DNA of 64,000 bases. Source: Octopus sinensis. Its lineage: Eukaryota. Positions 53,049 through 64,000 of the stretch are shown piece after piece. Position 1 is the first letter of the stretch. Each line of letters begins with the position of its first letter. The translations under genes and the position numbers were made by a program. The notes below the pieces were generated by a model that was given only the letters and a program-made list of their open reading frames with translations, searched no databases and was not told the origin of the DNA. The stretch spans positions 83,576,001 to 83,640,000 of the forward strand of contig NC_043005.1 in the NCBI RefSeq assembly GCF_006345805.1, given 5' to 3'.

Positions 53049-53957
53049 GGAATATGCTTCAACACACGAACTCATATAAAGAATCTTGCAAACCAAATCC
53101 CAAAACGAAATATTTATAATTATATATATATATATTTATGAAATGATAAGAATTGCTCTCTGGATGTTGGGCTTTACAGAGGAAATGACAATGGACCAAG
53201 ACGTCTGGCGAAGTGAGGGTCTTGAGAAGACCCACCCACATCAGTGAAACTGAGTTCTAGAAGCACTGTGTGCCCCACCCACACTTAACAAGAAAACTTC
53301 TCACACACCCTACCACAACAAACCAAACTATATCTCCACCACATCTCTTCTCTTCCTTGCATCTCCACTTCATGCACTATGCTTACCTTCCACTCCCCAA
53401 TCCTGTCCTCTTGGCTCTGTCTCACTGTATCACATCATTATTATCTGCTAGCCCCACCGACCTGTGTGTTCAACCCACAAATAAGAAAACTTTCCACATA
53501 CCATACCCCAACAAACAAATCTACATCTCTTCTCTTCCTCACACTTCCTCCTTCATACAGTACGCCTACCTCTCACTCCACAATCCTGTTCTCACAGCCC
53601 TGTTTCTCTGTATCATTGCTACCCGGCACAACACACACACACACGCACACCCCACTCCTATATATACCTAGGTTTTCACCACTCCCTTCCCTACCCCTCC
53701 ACACTCTCTAATCCTGTTCCTTTCGCAATATGCTGCCACTATTACAACCTTTGAACCTCAAGGGTACACCCTGGCTCTTGCCACCATCTATAACTCTCTC
53801 TTCCTTTAACCATCCCATTTATATTCTGATTCCTAACCCTGTCCCTTGTGAGTATGCCCAGCACTTTGCCAACATCTCTATCCCGCTTTCTCCCACTCTC
53901 TCTCAGGTTGGGAAACTATGTATCTCCTGTTTCTGTCTTCATTCTCTCTCTCTCTCT

Positions 53958-53993
<36 letters not shown>

Positions 53994-55316
53994 GCTTCTC
54001 TCTCTCCCTCTGGCTGAGTAACCATGTACCTCCCTTACAGTAAGACACCTGTTTCTTTCTCTCTGTCTTTCTATAGCCTTTCATCACCTGACACAAGGTC
54101 ACCTCCTCCAATACCCCCTCCCCTCACAAATGATTTTTGTCTTGCAAGTTACTTGGTGACCCGGTCAGTGCAGGTTCCACTTAAAAAGCATCCAACCCAC
54201 ATTGAAAAGTGGTTGGTGTTTAGAAGGGCATCCAGCTGTAAAAACCTTGCCAAAACTGACCTCACTGGTGCTTGTGCCACACAAAAGCACTAAGTCCACT
54301 CTGCTGAGTGGTTGGTGTTAGGAAGGGCAACCAGCAGTAAAAATCCCACCAAAACAGTTACAGAAGTTTGGTGCAGGCTTCTGCCTGGCTAGCTCCTGAC
54401 AAACTGTCCGACCTATGCCAGCATGGAAGGCAGACGTTAAACAATGATGATGATACAATAAACATTTTTATTCTTTTATTTGTTTCAGTCATTTGACTGC
54501 AGCCATGCTGGAGCACCACCTTTAGTTGAACAAATCGACCCCAGGACTTTTCTTTGTAAGCCTAGTACTTATTTTATTGGTCTCTTTTTGCTGAACTGCT
54601 AAGTTACAGGGGACATAAACACACCACCATTGGTTGTCAAGCGATGTTGGGAGGGGGGGCAAACGCAGACACACACACATACATACATACATACATACAT
54701 ACATACATGTATGTATATATATGACAGGCTTCTTTCAGTTTCCATCTACCAAGTCCACTCACAAGGCTTTGGTCAGCCCGAGGCTATAGTTGAAGACACT
54801 TGCCCAAGGTGCCACGCAGTGGGACTGAACCCAGATCCCTGTTGTTGGTAAGCAAGCTACACAGTTTTTAAGTTCAATTATAAAAACAATTTTACATTAA
54901 TTTGAAGGCTTACTTGGTACTTTTGTAGAGTACAAATTTATTATTCTTTACGATGGATAGTATTGACAGTGATTGTGCAGCTTTGGCTAGCTAAGCCACT
55001 GTAAGCAGTCCAGTGATGGCTTAAGTGGGTGAAACTTCGAAGTCACTGTCAATAGGATTCTTATTAAAAGAATAATGTCAGAAACGTAGCAAGGAAATAA
55101 GATAGGAATATTTTTTTTTCTTTTACTTTGGCCTATAACTACTAATCGAGGAGGAGGAGGAGGAGGAGGAAGAGGAGGAGATATTCAGGATTGAATAGAT
55201 TCTCAACATATTAATGGTACTTATTTATTTAATAATGCCAAAGAATAAAAGACCAAAAACAATATCCCAAAACAACAATAAAGAGAAAAATAAAACAAAA
55301 GAAAAACTAGGACAAA

Positions 55317-55356
<40 letters not shown>

Positions 55357-55711
55357 GGAGCAGAGATAAACAATGAGAGAAAAATGCTACTCCATTGTTG
55401 TGAAAATATATTTATTATTATGACCTATGAATAACAACAAAGTAAATTAAAGAAAACAAATAAATAAGAACGTTGACAGATATTCATGTAAATAATCTAT
55501 TTACTCTTTGTTAGCTTTTATCTGATCAAAATACGCAGCCTTTTTGTTTCAACAAATTTAGAAAATAAAGAAGACTTTGGTAAAATAACTTTGTCATCAT
55601 TGAGTTGGTGTTTGGAGAATAAATTAACAAGAAAATTTCAGGGGAAAACTTTTTAGGATCACTTTGAAGCAAGAAGCTAATATCAGAAATTTAGGGGCAA
55701 CCTCAGGGAGA

Positions 55712-56370
55712 CTTCTTTTTCTTTTCTTCCTCTTCTCATTCTCCTTTTTCTTCTTTTTCTCATTCTCCTTCTTCTTCTTCTTCTTCTTCGTCAATTCTCC
55801 TTCTTTTTCTTCTTCTTCTCATTCTCCTTCCTTTTCTTCTCCTTCTTCTTCATCTCATTCTCCTTCTTTTTCTTTTTCTTCTACTTCTCATTCTCCTTTT
55901 TCTTCTTCTTCATCTCATTCTCCTTCTTCTTCTTCCCCTTCCTCCCTCTCTTTCCTCTCTCATCTTCTTTCCTTTCTTCTCCTGCATCTTTTTCTCCTCA
56001 TTCTTTCCCTCCTCCTCCTCCTCCTCCTTCAACCAGATGTATATGTGATACATCACACAATGCCGCACCAGGAATCCCAATCCCCCCATCTGCTTTGGTA
56101 GATCCTCCGTTTCATGCTGTGTCTGTCTATCAATAACAGTAACGTAGCTGAGTGTTCTTCGCCCTCTATTAGGTATTTGGAAGTTTCTAAACTTTAACCT
56201 CCAATATGGCTTGTCATTGAGCACAAAGGCAGTGGCCATTGCCTTGCGCAATAAACAGAGATGAGTGGAATGTGTCCATAAATCTCCTCTTTGGTCTTGT
56301 GACTCATACCAAAAGATGCTTTGAGCCTGGACTATATGCTACATAACAGACATCATCATGTGCTACATAC
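55712..56370 (-). mobile_element. RTE-like LINE 3' end with expanded, degenerate (GAA/GAG)n tail
   Basis: PNRGRRTLSYV..IDRQT...L..QM...W resembles an RTE ORF C-terminus, followed by about 320 nt of purine-rich repeat on the minus strand. Confidence 0.6.
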
Positions 56371-56645
56371 AAAACAGTTAAAATTTTCAGTTATAAACAT
56401 TAAATTGGATTAAATTAAGCACTTTATAAATAGCAATCCAAAACAGACAAAAAGTATGCAAAACCACTTGTAAAACTTGGACTAGGTACAGGAGTAGCTG
56501 TGTGGTAAGTAGCTTGCTTACCAACCACATGTTTCCTGGTTCAGTCCCACTGCATGGCACCTTGGGCAAGTGTCTTCTATTATAGCCTCGGGCCAACCAA
56601 GCCTTGTGAGTGGATTTGGTAGACGGAAACTGAAAGAAGCCAGTC

Positions 56646-56646
<1 letters not shown>

Positions 56647-56712
<66 letters not shown>
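56647..56712. repeat. (TA)n microsatellite inside a family 2 SINE
   Basis: Direct inspection; another (TA)n at 60288-60357. Confidence 0.96.
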
Positions 56713-56719
<7 letters not shown>

Positions 56720-57812
56720 GTGTATGTGTGTATGTGAGTGAGTGAGTGTGTGTGTGTATGTTTGTGTGTCTGTGTCTGTCCCCCCATTGCTTGACAACCG
56801 ATGTTGGTGTGTTTACCTCCCCGTAACTCAGCAGTTCAGCAAAAGAGACCGATAAAGTAAGTACTAGGTTTGCAAAGAATAAGTCCTGGGGTCAATTTGT
56901 TCGACTAAAGGTGCATGGCCACAGTCAAATGACTGAAACAGATAAAAGAATAAAAGAATATGCATCTGAAATAATCTAGATGACCATGCTAATCCTTGCA
57001 ACATATCAACCAGATACACCTTTCCTACCCAACATAGCAACTAAAAAGTGTCAGTACACCAACTCCAGCATTCACCTCTATCTTCACTGACAAAAAGGGT
57101 CTCTGATATTTTGAAATGCTAAACTCTGGGCTGTATAAAGACCATAGAATGTTTTACAAAGTTGTCATGCCTAAAATTCTCAATGTTACTCTCAGGCTGA
57201 CAAAAGCCTTGTGAGTAGATTTGGTAAACGGAAACTGAAAGAAGCCTGGCATGTGTGTGTGTGTGTGCATGCACACATGTATGAGTGTTTGTGCGTGTGT
57301 CTGTCTGTCTGTGTTTGTCTCCACCACTGCTTGAGAACCGGTATTAGCTTGCTTACATGTCCATAGCTTAGCAGTTCAGCAAAACAGACCAATAGAATAA
57401 CCACCAGATCTTAAAAAAACAGGTCCTGGAGTTGATTCATTCAACTAAAAAAATTCCTCGAGATGGTGCCACAGCATGGCCACAGTCTAATGACTTGAAC
57501 AAGTAAAAGATAAAAGCTAAAAAAAGTATAGTAATATTAATAACGCATAATAAAGTGAGAATAGTTAAGAATTTCAATTATAAACAATAAATTAAATTGA
57601 AGTAGATTCCTTATAAACACAAACATTTGTATTTACAAAGCATCTAATCTAATTTAATATTTATATCTATAATAATTTATATCAATAAAACGATTTTGAT
57701 AGAATTTCCAGTTCAACAGACCTAATCCTATTTTCTGGAAGACGTGATATATCTGCAATCATTCATACAAAAATGGAAAAAAACTGATGCTTTAAATTTT
57801 TCCTTCATTTAC

Positions 57813-57981
57813 CTGGTGGTCCCATTGCTGCCATGATTTGAATGTCCACAAGCCTCAGTGCTGAGACATCTTTCAGATCATACCATTGCCAGTGATCTAA
57901 CCACTGGCGAAGCAGCTCAATAGGAGGTTGGGCACCATATGTCTCTTTCATTGGCATGTTTAAATCATCAATGAAAATAAT
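57813..57981 (-). CDS. DNAH7: Exon 2 ([10 protein letters not shown]...[13 protein letters not shown]...AAMGPP)
   Basis: ttgcag acceptor, GTAAAT donor, 169 nt, phase 0-1. Confidence 0.95.
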
Positions 57982-58005
57982 CTGCAAAGAAAATAAGAGA
58001 TTCCT

Positions 58006-58013
58006 TATTATTA

Positions 58014-58044
<31 letters not shown>

Positions 58045-58066
58045 GATTATCATTATTATTATTATT
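58006..58066. repeat. (TAT)n microsatellite about 25 nt from the exon 2 acceptor
   Basis: Direct inspection; similar tracts at 32054-32090 and 63760-63808. Confidence 0.95.
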
Positions 58067-59728
58067 GAGGTAGCAAGCAGGCAGAATCATTAGCACACTG
58101 GATAAAATGCTTAGCAGCATTTTGCCTGTCTATATATTCAGAGTTCAAATTCTCCTGTGGTCGACTTTGCTTTCATCCTTTTTGGGGGTCACTGAAATAC
58201 GAACACACACACATAGATACATACATACATATATACATACACAATGTGCTTCTTTCGGTTTCTGTCAACAAATTCAACTCACAAGGCTTTGGTCAAACTA
58301 AGAACATGATTGGAAAGGACTAGCAATTTCAATGACTTCCAAGAACTGGCCGATTTGTCTGTTAAACATCCATTTAAATATATATGTATATATATATATA
58401 TATGGAGGGTATATATATGGTGGATAGCTTCTATACTAGAAAAAACAATACAAAAAATAAACAAAACTGTGATAATATCTGGCTTGTAATCCCCTACACC
58501 ATGCACCTCAAATCAAATGTAGTTTGCTCATTAATAAAAATCATAGATAAACACCTAAACATTAAGAATAAATATGCAGAATTATTTAGGAATAAAATTA
58601 GAGTAGGCCACAGCCTGACCAATAACTTAGCTACAATCATAGCCTCAGTAAATAATAAAAAAACTAGACAAATTCTATGAAACTAGAAAGATTGTGACCA
58701 ATAAAAATAATAACCAACCAACTAATAGAATTAAACACACCACTAACGTAGCACCTCCTACAAACTTAGATATAGACCTGAACACTATTAGCCCCCTACA
58801 ACATAACACGAATACAGATATGCCTAACAATTTATGTGGCTGCAGGGATAGAACAAAGTGCCTTTTCTCAAATAAAAGCAAATAATGTAGCTTACCAATG
58901 TGACGGGCACACAAATAGCCAGATAAAATCATACATAAGCGCCACTAAAAACCAAATGATTCTTAGATATAACACACACCAATCTAACTTCAGAAATAGG
59001 AGTAAGGCTAACTCAACAGGGCTCAGTAGACATATTTGGGAACTTAAGGATAAAAAAATAGATTATAGATTAAACTGGTGTATACTCGCAAAAACAACCT
59101 CATACAACACTGCCAATAGATGCTGTGATCTCTGTTTGTCAGAACGCCTAGCTATCCTAACGGCTAAACAATCCCTCATCAATAGGAAATTTGAGAACAA
59201 CTTTTTTTGTCTTCATGTAGGCCTCTGTGTCTTTTCAAAGTATTGGTAAAATAGTAGGACACTCTACAAATCTCACACTAGCATATTCATCTATACAAGT
59301 CTAATTAACTGGGAACCACCTTAAACACTTACACATAACCAGTCACCCACCAACCCCACTCGACCTCCACATTCCATAATAATTTACTTTGCACCTACAT
59401 AGGGCCCCTTTTATCACTATGGACTTCCTAAACTTTAGCCATAATATAACTTTAAACCACCCTCCCTAGTGTAAATAATCCAGTTTGAGTTAGCTCCCTT
59501 CTCACCTTAAGTTAGAGTTATCCCCCTTCACTTACACCACTAGTGACTAAAACTCACTGCTGATTAAAACCAATTTAATACACATGTGCAAAAGATGTGC
59601 TCAGTCAAACTCAGGATTCCACACCAAAATAATATACACCCCACTCTAATTGCCAAACGGAACCATACACTAACCAATCTACTACAATGAAATACACTCC
59701 CCAGTGAAAGAATCAACTTAAGAACATA

Positions 59729-60062
59729 TTGGAAGCACTCCGTCGGTTACGACGACGAGAGTTCCGGTTGATCCGATCAACGGAACAGCCTGCTCGTGAA
59801 ATTAACGTGTAAGTGGCTGAGCACGCCACAGACACGTGCACCCTTAACGTAGTTCTCGGGGATATTCAGCGTGACACAGAGAGTGACAAGGCCGGCCCTT
59901 TGAAATACAGGTACAACAGAAATAGGAAGTAAGAGTGAGAGAAAGTTGTGGTGAAAGAGTACAGCAGGGGTCACCACCACCCCCTGCCGGAGCCTCGTGG
60001 AGCATTAGGTGTTTTCGCTCAATAAACACTCACAACGCCTGGTCTGGGAATCGAAACCGCGA
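59729..60062 (-). mobile_element. 5'-truncated tRNA-derived SINE inserted in the Penelope-like 3' region
   Basis: B-box GGTTTCGATTCCC on minus strand; 11-bp TSD TTAAGAACATA at 59718-59728 and 60063-60073; CpG-rich. Confidence 0.85.
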
Positions 60063-60137
60063 TTAAGAACATAATATAATGTAAGACTAACAAATTTTGA
60101 CTCTATTACCATTATGAAATGTATCAATCTATTTTTC

Positions 60138-60188
60138 GCATTCTGAAGATATTTACTAAAACTAGTAAATTGAAACGATTGTAAATGC
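60138..60188 (+). ncRNA. Minimal type I hammerhead ribozyme motif
   Basis: GCATT-CTGAAGA-T-ATTTACTA(AAAC)TAGTAAAT-T-GAAAC(GATT)GTA-AATGC: stem I, core, stem II, short stem III and a GUA cleavage triplet are all present. Confidence 0.8.
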
Positions 60189-60284
60189 TACCTTCTTCTT
60201 TGTTAACTAATTAAATTAAAGACATACCAGTGAAAACGACAAGTTTCCCCTTGCTATTTACATCAGTTTTCTTATATATATACA

Positions 60285-60361
<77 letters not shown>

Positions 60362-60812
60362 GTAGGGAATATAATTCAAAACTTACAAGGAAAAATTCAA
60401 TTTAGCAATTCTAAATCAAATTTCATAAAATATAGGTATATAATTTAAGGAAAAACCTCTATTATAGTGTGTGTGTGTGCATGTATATATATATATATAT
60501 AATATATATATATATATATGTATGTATATATACCATGGTCTTGTTTCAGTTTCTTTCATATACACATATGTATGTGTGTATGTCATTATGTATGTATTTA
60601 TCCCCCACCAAGGCTTGACAACCAGTGTTAGTTTGTGTATGTCCCTATGACTTAGTGGTTTGGCAAAAGAGACTGAGAGAATAAGTACCAGGCTTAAAAA
60701 AAAAAGTACTGGGGTCAATTCATTTGATTAAAAATCCTTCAAAGTGGTGCCCCAGCATGGCTGCAGTCCGATGACTGAAACAAGTAAGACATAAAAGAGA
60801 CATGATACATAC

Positions 60813-60968
60813 CATTTTTTTGCCAAGCTGAGGACCAAAGACACCTTTTCTTCTTTTATCTAATTTGGACATAATCATGTTCTGTGTTTGGTTAGCCGTT
60901 GTCTGAGCGGAAAAGTTGATGATATTTGGTTTGTAGACATTTTTATCCAATGTCTTGAGTAAGAAATT
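60813..60968 (-). CDS. DNAH7: Dynein heavy chain exon 1 in window (AAA3: NFLLK...[12 protein letters not shown]...[12 protein letters not shown])
   Basis: ttccag acceptor, GTATG donor, 156 nt, phase 0-0. Confidence 0.95.
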
Positions 60969-62145
60969 CTGGAAGATATTGACAAAAAAGTGTCTTACCT
61001 TAGGAACAACATTAAGGTTAGGTATCTCAGCCTTTTCTTTGTAAAAGTTAATAAACATGTACTCTATTAAAAAGTGTTGAGCAAGCCTTCAGTCTGATGT
61101 TAAACAGTATTTACATATAACTTGATATAAAATCATTTACATATATATATACATATACACACATGTGTACATATTCACACAAACACACTTCTTTTATAGG
61201 CTGGATGGCTGGAAGTATAAAATTTCTAAGTTTCAATCCAGTTTAGAGATATAACTAAATTACTTGCTGTTTTGTCCTCCTAGTCAACTCTGGTGAAATG
61301 ACCCTCTGAAGGAACTCTAGCCATGAACATCTAGTCTGCTTAGGGGTATCTAGGACTATTTTATCTAAATGTGCCCTTTCTGTTTTAAGGGAAAGTATTG
61401 GTTGCTATTTCTATTAGGTCCATCCATCAAAATAAGGTTTAGTCACTTATCTGATTAACACATTAAGAAACAAAGCTAAGTGCTGGCTTGTCTGATATGA
61501 CCACAAAAGAATGGTGATAATTATGACAATAAATGGCAAACTCATGAGTTTACAGTTCAGAAGATCATCACTGACTTAATGTCCACTTTCAATGCTAGCA
61601 TGGGTCAGATGGAATTTGTCAGGGCAGATCTTTTATAGCTGAATGCTTTTCCTCTTGTCAATTCTAACCTGTTTGTAAGTGCAGTGATGTTTCCCTTTAT
61701 CCAGACATATTTTCATGGAAGAGACTAGAAATTAATGATACTGCTTGCATGACAATGGAACTACCTTGCAACTATTGCATGATGGCCAGGCATGGATACA
61801 CTCACACACGCACATGCACGTGCACATATATATATATATATATATATTTATAAAATGGAATTTTTCCAACTTCTATCCACCAAATCCACTCATAAGGCTT
61901 TGATTGGCCTGGGGTTATAGTAAAAGGCCACACAGTGGATGGCTCTTTGAAAGTATGTGGTTGGAAAGTGACCATCTTAACACACATAGTTATGCTTGTG
62001 CCTATTAAACGATGCCTGGACCTTTATGATTCAATGATTTCACTTAGTAACGGTAAGTCATCATACACAAGAAAATACGCTCAATTCTTGTTTGCAGCTT
62101 ATGAATGGAACATGGAAACTAAAAGAAGCCTGTCACATAACCTGT

Positions 62146-62181
<36 letters not shown>

Positions 62182-63770
62182 CACTTACATGTCTTCAAAG
62201 ACATGCTCTGCTAGAGGAAATGACATGGCAATCATTTTCCCTATCAACATGTTGTCTTCTGGTTTTGCATCATCAAAGACATGCAGAAACTAAAATCCCT
62301 TGTTTGAAAAACCAGTCAAGGTTAGTGACAAGAAGGACATCTGGCTGTATAAGAAAACCTCAAAAATATGTACATCTAACTCATACTAGCATAGAAAAAA
62401 CAAATGTAAAAACAAATGAAATGAATAAACAACAATTTTCTTTCAATGATATCAGAGTTCAATCATTAAAAACAGGACAGAGAACTGGAAAACAAAAAAT
62501 GGAGAATTTTGGATATTTTTACCAAATAAAAATGGGAAATTTAAAATGCTTAAAATATATATAATTTTGTTGCACTGCATAAATCATAAATGCATTATTA
62601 TTCATTAATATTGTTCATTAGTCTTTTTGTTTTTGTATTTTAGCTTTAATCAGATTTGTTTGTTTTTATGATCTTGTTATTAGAATTCCCTCTCATTTCT
62701 GAACTAATAAAAAATATGATAAAAGGTTTTAAAATGTAAAGTTTAATTTACAGATGATGAAAAAGGCTAAGTGTGGCTTCAAGTGAGGATAACAAAGACA
62801 ATTGTGAACAGTTCAATATGAAACCAGATGAAATTAACTGCAGATCAATGTGAGGTTAACAAAGGAAGGAGTTAAGTGCAGCTCAGTGTTGGTATGATAA
62901 AAGAGGCTGAGTGCAACCGTCCTTTGAGAGGTTAATGAAATAACCGAGTGCAGTTTAAAGTGAGAGTGATAACAAAACTGAACTATAATCATGCAGTAAC
63001 ACACAACCCATAAAAATAATCAAATTCTTAATATTGTTGTTTAGTCTTTGGTCAGCACTGATTGAGCAGGTTTATGATCAAAGACATTCCAACCGTGACC
63101 ATCCCATTATTTTTATATATCTAAGACTAAGATGTCCAGTGTCTCCCTCTTTTTCCATAATTGTAGGGTATGATCTGAAGGATATTTGGTTGCTATTTTT
63201 AGCAAATCATGCAACCATGTAATGGATCAGTGTTGTAAACTGTATTGTTGATTACTCCCAGGACAACTCTGATTGAACAAAATTATCAAAACCATGCTTG
63301 CCATGACCATCCCATCTTTTATTTTTGAGTATAATCTAAGGCTAGCCAATTTGTCCTTCCCTTTTTCAAGATGACAGGATATGTTCTGAGTGAGATTCGA
63401 TTGCTATTTCTAGTCGGTCAGTTGACCACGAAGAAGCTTTCCTTGCATGGGAGTTATGAACACTTTTCTATTTTTAGATTTTTGATGTGGGCTTGTACCT
63501 TGATACCCTACACAGTCACGGAGTTCCCAAATGCGACTGCTGTCCTTAACAATAAAGTGAGGCAAAATTAGACAAAATTCCTTGTGGAATTTTTTCCAGG
63601 TCTTTACGTTTTACATTCAAATCCCTCTGAGGTCAACTTTGTGATTCATCTTTCCATTATCAATAAAATAAAGTGCCAGTCAAGTACTGAGGTCAATGTA
63701 TTTGACTAACCCATCCCCTCAAAATTGTAGATCTTAGCACCAAAATTTGAAACCATTACTATTGTTGTTA

Positions 63771-63810
<40 letters not shown>

Positions 63811-64000
63811 GGCAGCAAGCTGGCAGAATTGTTAGCACACTGAGCAAAATGCTTAGCGACATTTCATCCATCTTTATGTTCTGAGTTCAAATTCTGCCAA
63901 GGTTGACTTTGCCTTTCATTCTTTCGGGCTCCATAAATTAAATACCAGTGAAACACAGGTACTAGTCCTCTCCCCCAAAATTTCAAACCTTGTGTCTATA

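Larger units (their letters stand above)
58430..60260 (+). mobile_element. Penelope-like retroelement, 5'-truncated and decayed (linker + GIY-YIG endonuclease + 3' region)
   Basis: Broken ORFs read NIWLVIPY..IIDKH..IRVGHSLTNNL, CGCRDRTKC, and NVAYQC..SYISAT..RYNTH..STGLSRHIWELK..W.IL..CDLCLSE. These resemble the PLE GIY-YIG C-terminus. A hammerhead motif lies downstream. Ends are approximate. Confidence 0.8.

Noticed and set aside
55664-56101. 145-aa Ser/Phe-rich ORF
   Set aside because: It is the antisense reading of a low-complexity LINE tail.
60994-61003. Strong donor-like AAG|GTAAGA just upstream of exon 1, suggesting an extra micro-exon
   Set aside because: The implied intron would be only about 30 nt, and the upstream peptide has no dynein similarity.
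61935-62564. 209-aa plus-strand ORF, the longest in the track
   Set aside because: It is stitched from SINE fragments and (TG)n, with no recognisable domain.

Overview
This is AT-rich, intron-rich eukaryotic genomic DNA. The SINE and microsatellite landscape resembles an octopus (coleoid cephalopod) genome, which is my inference. The whole window lies inside one minus-strand axonemal dynein heavy chain gene, best matching DNAH7. I traced 27 GT-AG coding exons from 60968 down to 1168. They total 4752 nt (about 1584 aa) with consistent phase and no stop codon seen, and cover AAA3 (after its P-loop), AAA4, the stalk/MTBD, AAA5 and AAA6. Both ends of the gene lie outside the window. The introns are filled with mobile DNA: four SINE-type families, a full-length decayed mariner, other Tc1/mariner relics and MITEs, a piggyBac-like MITE, a Helitron-like element, R4/Dong-like and HERO-like RLE fragments, an RTE 3' end, and a Penelope-like GIY-YIG element. 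The most notable non-coding signals are a minimal type I hammerhead ribozyme downstream of the Penelope-like ORF, two degenerate hammerhead-like motifs, SINE dimers inserted as one unit, module shuffling between SINEs, a hairpin minisatellite inside a SINE, and intronic fold-backs near exons. I found no rRNA, tRNA gene, CRISPR array or clearly novel protein-coding system.
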